IMG/VR virus record: IMGVR_UViG_3300025009_000054
Location: 64,001-128,000 of that record
Strand: one strand, 5' to 3'
Length of the DNA stretch: 64,000 nt
From: a virus
Part shown: piece after piece, positions 28,842 through 37,540 of the stretch
Position numbering within the stretch: the first letter of the stretch is position 1
Layout of the letters: every line of letters starts with the position of its first letter
Notes under the pieces: generated by a model
The model's input: the letters and a program-made list of their open reading frames with translations, nothing else
Told to the model about the DNA's origin: nothing
Databases searched by the model: none
Program-made: the position numbers and the translations under genes

Positions 28842-29200
28842 TTCTTAGAACCAGTCATTGATAGCTCTGGTTCGCGTAAACTACCGCGCCTCGACGTAAC
28901 ATCGTATAAAAACTTTATGGAGTGCATTACTTCTCTTAAGTAATCACGTTTTGTAATTTGATCTTTACTACCATGATCACGTACCGAATGATCAAGTCTA
29001 GACCACAAACCAACAACATATGAGTAATATGATGGTAACACCATAAACATTTTATCTACTTCATCACCAGGCACTACTGAGGGTACAGACATTCTATGAT
29101 ATGGTTCTATCGATTCAAATAGTTCCTCATAGGACACGCTCTCAACATTGTACACTGATATTTCTATTGACATATCTGTACCCTCCAAATCATACGCCAT
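28826..29200 (-). CDS. hypothetical helical protein next to the helicase
   Basis: ORF coupled to neighbours; true start probably MSIEIS. Confidence 0.6.
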   Translation of the reverse strand: MAYDLEGTDMSIEISVYNVESVSYEELFESIEPYHRMSVPSVVPGDEVDKMFMVLPSYYSYVVGLWSRLDHSVRDHGSKDQITKRDYLREVMHSIKFLYDVTSRRGSLREPELSMTGSKKWGNQ

Positions 29201-30002
29201 ATAAATCTAGATTTATAATCGCGTTTTTATATGTAGCCTCTACTAAGTCATTTCCTGTATAGTTTCTCCCCTCTTGTAACGAAGCTATACCCATACTAGC
29301 AGTACCACAAAATGGATCTATTATGGTCTGTCCAGGGTCTGTATATGTAAGAACTAACCTTCTACATATCTCAATTGGTAACTGGTTTAGGCCAAGACGA
29401 GGGCTCCCCTTCTTATGAAATGATCTAGATATGGTACTACATATATCGGAGATCAATCTACCACCAGGATTCCTCTTATCCTCTTTACCACCATAATCAG
29501 ATAGATACTTCTTACAATGTCTACATACTACATGGGGTTCACGTATGCGATGAAACGTCGACTCATATTCACTGAACCTATCATTCGGCATCCTACGCTT
29601 TCTAAGGACTAAGAACGCATAATGCCTAGGATATAGACCATACTTTTTGGGTCGAGCCCCACTAGGTGCATCCCAAGCTATCCAATGTGCGAACTCTATC
29701 CAATGATTTGTGCATATCTGCGCACCAGCCATCATAGTCTCATATGGCATGTGATGTAGTATGATCCATCCACCTGGCTTCACAGCAACAGCAGCATCTT
29801 CAACCCAACGATAGAGTTTTGATAAGTATATCCCATTATCTATACTGTCATTGACACTATCACCATACTGTACGTCTAAATTGAATGGTGGATCAAGAAA
29901 TACCATATCTGGCCTATTATTGCGACTAAGGATTGACTTTATAAAATCGTTATATTCCTTATTATGCATTTCATACGGCATTATTAGATATCCTTTAACC
30001 AT
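29190..30002 (-). CDS. beta-class amino DNA methyltransferase (M.BamHI-like)
   Basis: DPPFN, WIAWD, LYPRHY, CRHC...DYGG...NP.G, DPFCGTASMG. Confidence 0.88.
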   Translation of the reverse strand: MVKGYLIMPYEMHNKEYNDFIKSILSRNNRPDMVFLDPPFNLDVQYGDSVNDSIDNGIYLSKLYRWVEDAAVAVKPGGWIILHHMPYETMMAGAQICTNHWIEFAHWIAWDAPSGARPKKYGLYPRHYAFLVLRKRRMPNDRFSEYESTFHRIREPHVVCRHCKKYLSDYGGKEDKRNPGGRLISDICSTISRSFHKKGSPRLGLNQLPIEICRRLVLTYTDPGQTIIDPFCGTASMGIASLQEGRNYTGNDLVEATYKNAIINLDLYGV

Positions 30003-30289
30003 GACATAACATCGTCAGCTATATTATCGCCACGGAATACCTTCACAATAACATCTACGTCCCAACCAAATTTCTTTATAGTCTCATTAATAACATTGTC
30101 GTGAATATTATCATAAACTACTCCCCACATATCGCTTGGACCCATATCAACCATCGGCTTCGCTACAAAACCGATAGCCATCATCACTAACTGGTCAATC
30201 AAATGTAAAGTCTTTTCACTTGAATCGAGCATTACTATCGATTTATTATCATCATATTTCTGTATCGTTATCTTCATGGCATACTCCAT
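29984..30289 (-). CDS. hypothetical protein
   Basis: About 97-101 aa, with SD. Confidence 0.6.
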   Translation of the reverse strand: MEYAMKITIQKYDDNKSIVMLDSSEKTLHLIDQLVMMAIGFVAKPMVDMGPSDMWGVVYDNIHDNVINETIKKFGWDVDVIVKVFRGDNIADDVMSWLKDI

Positions 30290-30298
30290 ACAAAATTA

Positions 30299-30364
30299 AA
30301 GCCGTACCCATACTATAAAGAGGAAGAGGAATGACCTCCTAACTCTACGCATTGGGTACGGCTT
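30299..30364 (-). terminator. long imperfect hairpin (terminator-like or structured RNA)
   Basis: AAGCCGTACCCA/TGGGTACGGCTT 12-bp outer stem, inner AGGAGG/CCTCTT stem, followed by TAATTTT on the coding strand. Confidence 0.55.
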
Positions 30365-30400
30365 CATGGTATAATAAGCTACCACACCAATATAACTAAA

Positions 30401-30547
30401 TCATTGGTTTTCGATAAACTTAGCGTATTGCAGTATCATCGATGCAGCATTAAGTCGATCTTGATCAGATGTCGGTATTGTTCCATTAACTAATTTCTGC
30501 AGATATTCTATTGATTCACCAACAGCAGTAGCAAGGTTCTTATTCAT
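30401..30547 (-). CDS. 48-aa microprotein (not in track)
   Basis: MNKNLATAVGESIEYLQKLVNGTIPTSDQDRLNAASMILQYAKFIENQ, preceded by GGGAG. Confidence 0.6.
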   Translation of the reverse strand: MNKNLATAVGESIEYLQKLVNGTIPTSDQDRLNAASMILQYAKFIENQ

Positions 30548-30558
30548 TCTGACACTCC

Positions 30559-31209
30559 CTACTCAGATTTATCTGTAACATATCCAGCGCGGTTTCTATG
30601 AACGCCCTCTGAACAGTTACAGTTCCAACAAAGCACTCTTAATCCTAAATTATCTGGGTATCCATTATTGCGCAACCATCGATAAAACTTCTCACCACCA
30701 CGCTTACCATTAATATTAGAGTGTATAATACCATCTTTATATGAGTGGTCTATTGTTAAAAACAATAGATTAGTCTCATGACAGACTACGCATTCGCTTC
30801 CATAATGAGATATGGCGTCGTACTTCAAACGACGTGAGTATTTCGTATAGTAATTGCTAGACTCAACTATGCCATTATGAGGACATTGCCCACTATTAAT
30901 AGATCTCCCAGAGTTACAATTCCAACACAATAATCTATAACAAGTTGGATATCCATCACGGACTATCTGACGATACAAAGCATGAGTATTTCCAGCTTCC
31001 CTAAGATGTGCTTTACCACCACCATCAATATGATCTAAAGTTAGGAAATCAATATTACTGATACCACAACATGAACATTTACCACCATAATGCTCAATAA
31101 TCAATATGCGGGCTTTCTCTCTGTATCTACGTTTTATAGATTTAATGACATCTGGATGTGACTGGCGATACTCAGCATTCATAACTTTACGCTGTTCTTT
31201 ACTTACCAT
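30559..31209 (-). CDS. tandem-HNH endonuclease
   Basis: Two HYG..CxxC...LT.DH...LCWNCN modules; paralog of 11366-12001. Confidence 0.85.
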   Translation of the reverse strand: MVSKEQRKVMNAEYRQSHPDVIKSIKRRYREKARILIIEHYGGKCSCCGISNIDFLTLDHIDGGGKAHLREAGNTHALYRQIVRDGYPTCYRLLCWNCNSGRSINSGQCPHNGIVESSNYYTKYSRRLKYDAISHYGSECVVCHETNLLFLTIDHSYKDGIIHSNINGKRGGEKFYRWLRNNGYPDNLGLRVLCWNCNCSEGVHRNRAGYVTDKSE

Positions 31210-31714
31210 CTAATAGTCCAGCCATTTTACACATCGTTACCCAATCGGACATTTGCATAACAACAAATCTATTAGTATCTCCCTTGATATGAAAACCCAT
31301 CCACGGAATCTTAGGCGGGCTACACTCGCCTGCATCTCTTATTATATCGTCTAAATCTTTTCTTGGTAACACAATATTCTTCTGCACTACACTATGTGGA
31401 GTAATATCTTTACACTCACCAAGTAATTTGTTACTAACAATATCACCTTTACCGAACTCTTTACTACTACCGGAGTATGGTACTCGATCAGAACCTGTAG
31501 CCTTAGCAAATGCTTTTTCATTTGCCTTACCACGTGCGCGGTTTCTACGGTTTCGCTTTATACGCTCAAATTTGTCAACACGTGCCTTTTCTAGTATATC
31601 GGCTTTCGCAGTATCTGTAAGCGTATCAAGCACTAACTTATATTTATCAAGAGCCTTCGTCTGTTCCGCTGGAGTTAGTATTGTGTTCTCCAGAGTCACC
31701 TTCTTTGATCTCAC
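31199..31714 (-). CDS. Holliday-junction resolvase-like PD-(D/E)XK nuclease
   Basis: RGKANE...RVPYSGS...KGD...GECK; follows recA. Confidence 0.75.
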   Translation of the reverse strand: MRSKKVTLENTILTPAEQTKALDKYKLVLDTLTDTAKADILEKARVDKFERIKRNRRNRARGKANEKAFAKATGSDRVPYSGSSKEFGKGDIVSNKLLGECKDITPHSVVQKNIVLPRKDLDDIIRDAGECSPPKIPWMGFHIKGDTNRFVVMQMSDWVTMCKMAGLLDGK

Positions 31715-32693
31715 TTGGCATACCAGCTTTCTGTCTTACAACGGCTATTAAATCCATAATATGCTGACAAAACACTGGATCTGATCTTAACGCAACATCT
31801 ATAGCCTTCTTACCATTCCACTTTTTGTCAGTGTTAGCAAGGTAAAACCACGACGACACTTGCGTTATAATATTAAGCGAGATTGCCTCTTCGATTAGAT
31901 TACCAATTATATCTATACCAGAATCAAATCTAAAGTCATACTCACCCTTGCCATACGGTGGAGCAACTGATGATTTCTCAACAATAACTCTAACTCTGTG
32001 ACCTACAACATCATCGCCCAATTTGATCTGTTCAAGTCTTTTTAGTTCTAGTCTAAGCGATGCCCAGAATTTGAGAGCCCTTCCACCGGCTGTATCTTCA
32101 TTTTTACCGAACATAACCATTGGCTTAGAACGCTTCTGGTTGATAAATACTACTATACACTTCTTTTCGGCAACCTTCGGACCAATCTTCCTTAGTGCCT
32201 CAGCCATAAGTTTCGAAGTTGGTGCGATGTGGGTATCACCAATATCACCCTTAGCTTCATCTTCTGTTACAAGAGCAGCTACACTATCTAGAACGATAAA
32301 ATCGAAAATATCCGCATCGATAGCATCTTCAAGTATCTGTAATGCCTCTTCACCAACCATCGGACGTGCATATACAAGTCGATCCGGATCCATTCCTAGC
32401 ATCAATGCGAATGCACCCCAGAATCTACGTTCCATATCTATCCACAGAACGTTACCACAAACATTTTTCTGTATAGACGCACCCCATACCATAGCTAAAG
32501 CTGATTTTCCGACAGCCTCATCTCCAAATATCTCTACAATAATGCCACGCGGTGCACCACCAAGCTTGATAGCTTTATCGAGTGCTGGTATTCCTGTGGA
32601 TATAACTTCTCCAGGTGGTGGGACCTCTGTACCAACTCTACCTGGGTGTTTTTTACTCTGGGATGTTATAAAATCAGTAAGGGGACCTGCCAT
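31647..32693 (-). CDS. recA: RecA recombinase
   Basis: ISTG..ALD..GG.PRG.IVEIFGDEAVGKS, LDSVAAL, FINQ, GGRALKF.AS.RL. Confidence 0.97.
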   Translation of the reverse strand: MAGPLTDFITSQSKKHPGRVGTEVPPPGEVISTGIPALDKAIKLGGAPRGIIVEIFGDEAVGKSALAMVWGASIQKNVCGNVLWIDMERRFWGAFALMLGMDPDRLVYARPMVGEEALQILEDAIDADIFDFIVLDSVAALVTEDEAKGDIGDTHIAPTSKLMAEALRKIGPKVAEKKCIVVFINQKRSKPMVMFGKNEDTAGGRALKFWASLRLELKRLEQIKLGDDVVGHRVRVIVEKSSVAPPYGKGEYDFRFDSGIDIIGNLIEEAISLNIITQVSSWFYLANTDKKWNGKKAIDVALRSDPVFCQHIMDLIAVVRQKAGMPSEIKEGDSGEHNTNSSGTDEGS

Positions 32694-32721
32694 GTTGGGG
32701 GATTACCTCCGATATTAATGG

Positions 32722-32755
32722 ATGTGGGGGTACCACATGCACCGGCACCCCACAT
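32722..32755 (-). terminator. GC-rich hairpin between the SSB gene and recA
   Basis: ATGTGGGG...CCCCACAT; no clear U-tract. Confidence 0.4.
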
Positions 32756-32774
32756 TCCCGCGTCTGACTAGTCG

Positions 32775-34001
32775 TTAAGCTACAATGCTAGTTAGCTTAG
32801 TATCAAGCAATCTTAGCTCTTCAACCGTAAGCATATTGATATCGGCTGTTCTTCCATTGCTAGCATCCTTGATGTAAGACGCCAGCTCTGCAAAATTACT
32901 GCCAGTATCAAGTTTACGAAGCTTATCAGCAACTGCAGTACCGATTACTACCCTCTCATCAACCGGTGCCTGAGGAGGATGAACGGTTGCTGTCGGTACA
33001 GACGTCATGTTGACAAGTGCCATATCAAACGCACTCTTTAGCAGGCCAGCAGGAAGACCTGTACTGAACTCTGTCGCGTACTGTCGGTCCATTGACACTA
33101 TATCCCCGACCGTCTTCCCAGGGTACTTTCCCGTTGGGCATACAATAGCTACCGCCTCATTCGGGTTTATCCTGATTTCTGATGGTCCAGGAGTGCCCAT
33201 ATCACCAACTGGTCCGGACTGACCAAACTGGCCGTTAGGCATCGCAGGTGGTGGTCCGTAGGACTGCATTGGCATCGGAGCAGGTGCCCCGAACTGCTGT
33301 CCTGGTTGTGGTGCACCGAACTGCTGTGGCTGTCCGTATGACTGCATCGGAGCCGGTGCACCGAACTGCTGTGGCTGTTGTGTTTGCATACCGAACTGCT
33401 GTGGGGGAGCAGCCATTCCACCCATATTACCAACTGGCATATTAAGCTGTTGGATTAGCATTTGAATCTGTTCCATGCTTTTAGCCTGGAGTTCATCTAC
33501 GGCATCAATATCAATGAGGTCTGCTTCATTGAACTGAATCGGAGCCTGATTAGCCATAGGAATGACAGTATACTGTCCACCTTTAGCCTGTGGCCTTGTG
33601 ATAATGAAATCCACACAGGACACATCTTTATTATACGCTGTGTAAATAGCACCAATCGGATTCCAAATCTGCGTACCACCAACAAGAACCTTATGCTCAG
33701 GTTTAGGTGTATCGAGGACTAGCACGTTACATGCATGTCTCATTGCAGAAGGAAATCTCTGTCTATTCACGCACATTGGGCAAAGACCCTGGCCAAGGCA
33801 CTTCTCGTAGCCTCTCCACTGTCCCCTACCATTTTCACCTTGTGGGTTATATTCATACAGCGAATGACCCCACCAGCTACACAGGTCACCAAACTTCGGA
33901 TGGCCTGGTACAAAGAGCAATCTCACTCTATGAGACTCTCCAGCTTTGAATTGCAGAAGCTTACCGCTCCCACCGACTCCGTTTACGTCATTAAAAGACA
34001 T
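32775..34001 (-). CDS. gp32-like single-stranded DNA-binding protein with Q/P/G-rich linker
   Basis: HRVRLL, C....CPMC, RHACNVL, DFIITR..YTV; QQFGAP repeats; PTGKYPGKT module; start MSFND after SD; next to recA. Confidence 0.7.
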   Translation of the reverse strand: MSFNDVNGVGGSGKLLQFKAGESHRVRLLFVPGHPKFGDLCSWWGHSLYEYNPQGENGRGQWRGYEKCLGQGLCPMCVNRQRFPSAMRHACNVLVLDTPKPEHKVLVGGTQIWNPIGAIYTAYNKDVSCVDFIITRPQAKGGQYTVIPMANQAPIQFNEADLIDIDAVDELQAKSMEQIQMLIQQLNMPVGNMGGMAAPPQQFGMQTQQPQQFGAPAPMQSYGQPQQFGAPQPGQQFGAPAPMPMQSYGPPPAMPNGQFGQSGPVGDMGTPGPSEIRINPNEAVAIVCPTGKYPGKTVGDIVSMDRQYATEFSTGLPAGLLKSAFDMALVNMTSVPTATVHPPQAPVDERVVIGTAVADKLRKLDTGSNFAELASYIKDASNGRTADINMLTVEELRLLDTKLTSIVA

Positions 34002-34055
34002 TCGTAATCTCCCTTCAGGAATTTGAATTTTGTCTGAACTATGTATAAACCCAGA

Positions 34056-34083
34056 GCCAACGAACATGCAAACCGACGTTGGC
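34056..34083 (-). terminator. hairpin after purZ
   Basis: GCCAACG...CGTTGGC. Confidence 0.3.
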
Positions 34084-34093
34084 CCCGTAGATA

Positions 34094-35296
34094 TCAGTAC
34101 TTGCTTTGATAGGCCGGTTCGAAGTCCCTCTTATATCCAGGCTTCGATGATGATTCAGGCGATAGTATGCCGGATTTGAATGCAAACTCTCTAAGTTTAC
34201 CTGGATGCATAGTGATTATATGTTCTGGGCGTGGACCCGTACTTAGCCACCCAATAGAATCAAATAAATCATATTCTGCAGCGAATTTGGCCACCCATTC
34301 TTTACTAACCTGGGACAGACCTTCCCAAGCATTTTTACCATAGTCAATCGCGGCGATATAATCTATGAACGTGACCATTATCGATCCTGGTCGATTAATA
34401 GCAAGGGCTTTTCTAAACAATTTAGGACTAATCTCACCAACTCTTCTAACTCTCTTCGTAACAGTCGTCATTTCAATAACAGGCTTAGACGATCCACTAC
34501 GAGTCTGAATTTCTTCCCACGTGAGTTCCTGAACATTCTCGTCTTCATACCCAAATGGTCCACTGTTGCCAGCAACCCTAATTGGATATGTTCTCATAAC
34601 ACCATATATACTACGTACGGACATTGGTGATAGTCCAGCTTCTGCAAGCCAGTTTGCTGCGTTTGTATCTCTGGACGTAGTTTTTGGATATAAACCATGG
34701 TACATCGATAAAGCCATTCCCTGAGTTCCTTCGAGCATAACGGGAAATCCATTGTTTACCATATTATTGAGTATCATGCATGTATCGCCGATGTAGGGTT
34801 TAAGATAACTCACATCTTTGGCTAAGGTCACATCACCCTGCCTTTTAATCCTATCAATGAGAGCCGCACCACACCCTTCACGTGTACTACCAATAGCTTC
34901 GAACAGATCTTTACTACCATCTTTTCCATGCTCAGCATCAATATGTTTCTGCTCAATCAGAATGGCATTTGGATCAATGACGAGTCTACCATCATCCCAT
35001 ACCTTTTCTTCCTTCAGCCAACCGATTTCCCGATCTAGTACGGTTGGAATAATCATAGCACCAGCACCAATTACGAGCTGTGCTTTTGGTGCCGCTATAG
35101 ACCCGCATGGAATGGTTTGAAAAGCAAGCTTCTTCTTTCCATCTTTACTATAGACATAATGGCCAGCATTCGGCGATCCTGTACGCACTAAAGCACCATT
35201 ATTATATTGCCCAGCAATATGTTCACACAATTTTCCTTTTGCTTCAGAACCAAATGCGAGTCCGACGACGATATCTACGCACCTATTAGTGATCAT
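34094..35296 (-). CDS. purZ: PurZ/PurZ0-type N6-succino-2-amino-dAMP synthetase (PurA paralog)
   Basis: FGSEAKGK (Ser in place of the PurA catalytic Asp of GDEGKG), PNAGH, EGTQG, YPKTTSRD, RTYPIRVAGNSGP, TTVTKRVRRVG, TFID. Confidence 0.85.
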   Translation of the reverse strand: MITNRCVDIVVGLAFGSEAKGKLCEHIAGQYNNGALVRTGSPNAGHYVYSKDGKKKLAFQTIPCGSIAAPKAQLVIGAGAMIIPTVLDREIGWLKEEKVWDDGRLVIDPNAILIEQKHIDAEHGKDGSKDLFEAIGSTREGCGAALIDRIKRQGDVTLAKDVSYLKPYIGDTCMILNNMVNNGFPVMLEGTQGMALSMYHGLYPKTTSRDTNAANWLAEAGLSPMSVRSIYGVMRTYPIRVAGNSGPFGYEDENVQELTWEEIQTRSGSSKPVIEMTTVTKRVRRVGEISPKLFRKALAINRPGSIMVTFIDYIAAIDYGKNAWEGLSQVSKEWVAKFAAEYDLFDSIGWLSTGPRPEHIITMHPGKLREFAFKSGILSPESSSKPGYKRDFEPAYQSKY

Positions 35297-35312
35297 ACTA
35301 ACTATCCTCCTA

Positions 35313-35582
35313 TTAACGTCTTACGGGATCTGACATACGACGTGGTACTTCCCTATCACCACCAGTCTTATTTACTTTAGTAATCTTTACCTCTGCAGAG
35401 GCAATTAATTCAAGCTGCTCCTCATCAAAAAACGAAGTATCTACTGGTACTCCATCTTTAAGTTCTTGAGATTGAACACCCATCCGAACGCACTTATTGA
35501 GATATTCAGATCTCACTGTGACTATACCAGTAAACCCAGTAATAATATCTCTTACTTTATCGCCTAATCCAATTCTCGACAT
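35313..35582 (-). CDS. small conserved phage protein
   Basis: LGDKVRD.ITGFTG.V.....YL..C....VQ...FDE.QL pattern; start MSRIG after GAGGAGG. Confidence 0.75.
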   Translation of the reverse strand: MSRIGLGDKVRDIITGFTGIVTVRSEYLNKCVRMGVQSQELKDGVPVDTSFFDEEQLELIASAEVKITKVNKTGGDREVPRRMSDPVRR

Positions 35583-35662
35583 ATTATCCTCCTCGCCAAT
35601 CACATCAAAATTATAAATATCAATATCGCAGAACGTCTAAGAAGACCTATACTCACGGACAA

Positions 35663-36292
35663 TCATTTCTTCTTTTTAGGTATTGTAAATGCTCCTGGCT
35701 TATTACCTCCAGTCTGTGAGAACTTATTCGATAGCGATAATGCAACTATTTTTGCACCAGGGTACTGTTCTTTATATTGGGCGCACTTCGTGGCGTGTAC
35801 AGCATTTAGATGAGTGACGAGTGATTTGCCTTTAAATCCGCATATCTGGCATACCACTTCATCGCCAGAAGCCTCAGGTATAACAGTGTTACTATCAACT
35901 TTATGAATAATTTCCACAGGTAATTCAATACTACCCCTACATAACGCAAACACAGACTTAATAGTCTCCCTAGCCCATTTACCATCATTAGTTTTACCGG
36001 ATACATTTGCTAGATCATTTACACTTTCTATTAAGCTTGAGCTCGATCCATCAGAGTATATGAATCCACAAAATTTGCCAGGCTCCATAACCCTTGGATG
36101 GATCATATGAACTCCTTTACGTATCCACGGCACGCCTCTAGGAGATACATTCCATTCTGTATCTATTTCTTTCTTCCATCCAGAGCCGGTATGGAATGGA
36201 CATGGTTTGACATTTTCAGATACCGTACACCAAAAACAACCAGGTTCAGCACATTGTATTTTTGTCTTGCCTTCAGCAATATCATAACTCAT
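35663..36292 (-). CDS. zinc-finger protein (C-terminal Ros/MucR-like C2H2)
   Basis: VVCQICG..GKSLVTHL..VH.....YKEQYP; N-terminal Cys cluster. Confidence 0.65.
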   Translation of the reverse strand: MSYDIAEGKTKIQCAEPGCFWCTVSENVKPCPFHTGSGWKKEIDTEWNVSPRGVPWIRKGVHMIHPRVMEPGKFCGFIYSDGSSSSLIESVNDLANVSGKTNDGKWARETIKSVFALCRGSIELPVEIIHKVDSNTVIPEASGDEVVCQICGFKGKSLVTHLNAVHATKCAQYKEQYPGAKIVALSLSNKFSQTGGNKPGAFTIPKKKK

Positions 36293-36304
36293 AGTGATAC
36301 CTCA

Positions 36305-37459
36305 TCATTTATTCTCATAACGAGCGTACGCTCTATTAAAATCTTTTAAACCTACAATTTGTAACCATTCATCGTGAAAGAAGTCTAGTGCTGCTCTAAA
36401 TCCACGGTTTTTATATGTATTTACTGCGGTACGTGAAATATCAAGCTTAGTTGCTATATCTGCAGGGCATAGTCCTTCTATGAGTAATGACATTACATCC
36501 TTTACACGTCCATGTAATGTCATTATGAATTTATCACTTTCCATACCATCAAGGATATTAGCTACCCAATGATCAGTATCAACGCATTGAGTCATATCCT
36601 CCGCTATCGAACGTGATGAATCACTATCATCACCGTGGAGATTATCAGATGTTGATGTTTCTATGGTACTTACATGGGTGGAACCACACGATCTACATAC
36701 TGGCTTACGGCCAACAGTCAGACGTTTTACACGCGTCAATAGATGTCTATGGATTCCCCATCGATCTGGAAGGTATAGATGGTACATTGATTCGATGTGA
36801 GTGCGTTTCATTCTCTCTGCATACTGGATTTCAGCATCTTCCTCAGTTATTCCAGCAAGCATCATGCGGTTGATTATAAAACCTTTATAAGTGGTGCAAT
36901 CTTCAACTATCATGTCTATGTACGCTCGATAGTCCTTCATGCAATAAAAGAATCTATTAAGACTCTTTGCAGTTCTACATGCGGGTTCGTCATTATGATG
37001 TGTACGAGCGGGAACAGTCTTCTTTATCATCGCCCCTTTATCATCAGCAATAAATGTCGATACGCAATAGTTACATTCATTGTATGGGTGTGGGCATGAA
37101 TACATATTACCAGTATATGTAATCCGTTGTCTATGGCTACATTCGCGGCATATCTGTTCAGTACCAGCCTTTATCTTTACCCCAATATCAAACGCAAGAA
37201 ATCTACTTCTAGCCTGTGATATTAAGTATTTTACTGGGTCACCACGATCAAGATTAACTGTTGGTAATACTTCGAGTACGCGTTCTAAGAATAATGGTCT
37301 TAGATCATCACTATCAATAATTCTATTCCTACCAACATATCTGGCAGTAATACCTGGCGCTATATCCCTATCGACTTCTCGTATGAAATCATTGAGATAG
37401 GAACTGTTCGTCGGGATTGACTGCTGTGCACGAGCAATTGCTTCCCTGGTTATAGGCAC
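36305..37459 (-). CDS. phage sigma-70-family factor with large Cys-rich insertion
   Basis: Region-2-like DDL...FLE.V...L...N.DRGDP..YL; region-4 HTH EGLCPADIATKLDISRTAVNTYKNR; insert with CREC, CNYC, CRSC. Confidence 0.75.
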   Translation of the reverse strand: MPITREAIARAQQSIPTNSSYLNDFIREVDRDIAPGITARYVGRNRIIDSDDLRPLFLERVLEVLPTVNLDRGDPVKYLISQARSRFLAFDIGVKIKAGTEQICRECSHRQRITYTGNMYSCPHPYNECNYCVSTFIADDKGAMIKKTVPARTHHNDEPACRTAKSLNRFFYCMKDYRAYIDMIVEDCTTYKGFIINRMMLAGITEEDAEIQYAERMKRTHIESMYHLYLPDRWGIHRHLLTRVKRLTVGRKPVCRSCGSTHVSTIETSTSDNLHGDDSDSSRSIAEDMTQCVDTDHWVANILDGMESDKFIMTLHGRVKDVMSLLIEGLCPADIATKLDISRTAVNTYKNRGFRAALDFFHDEWLQIVGLKDFNRAYARYENK

Positions 37460-37501
37460 CTAGATTATCCTCCTATTCAAATGTGAGACTTCTTCCGCCT
37501 C

Positions 37502-37540
37502 CAAAAGTGCAGACGTGCATAGATTCGTGAGTGGTGCCAA
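37502..37540 (-). promoter_or_regulatory. bipartite promoter-like motif, copy 1
   Basis: TTGGCACCA-N16-CGTCTGCACTTTTG; same spacing as the copy at 55102-55140. Confidence 0.65.

Noticed and set aside
34094-35296. Plain purA as an auxiliary metabolic gene with purB
   Set aside because: The catalytic Asp is replaced by Ser and the PIRV..NSGP motif is PurZ-type; not fully excluded without an assay
4059-35617. TTTATA as an archaeal TATA box (archaeal virus)
   Set aside because: DnaE, DnaG/DnaB, RecA and a sigma factor point to a bacterial host
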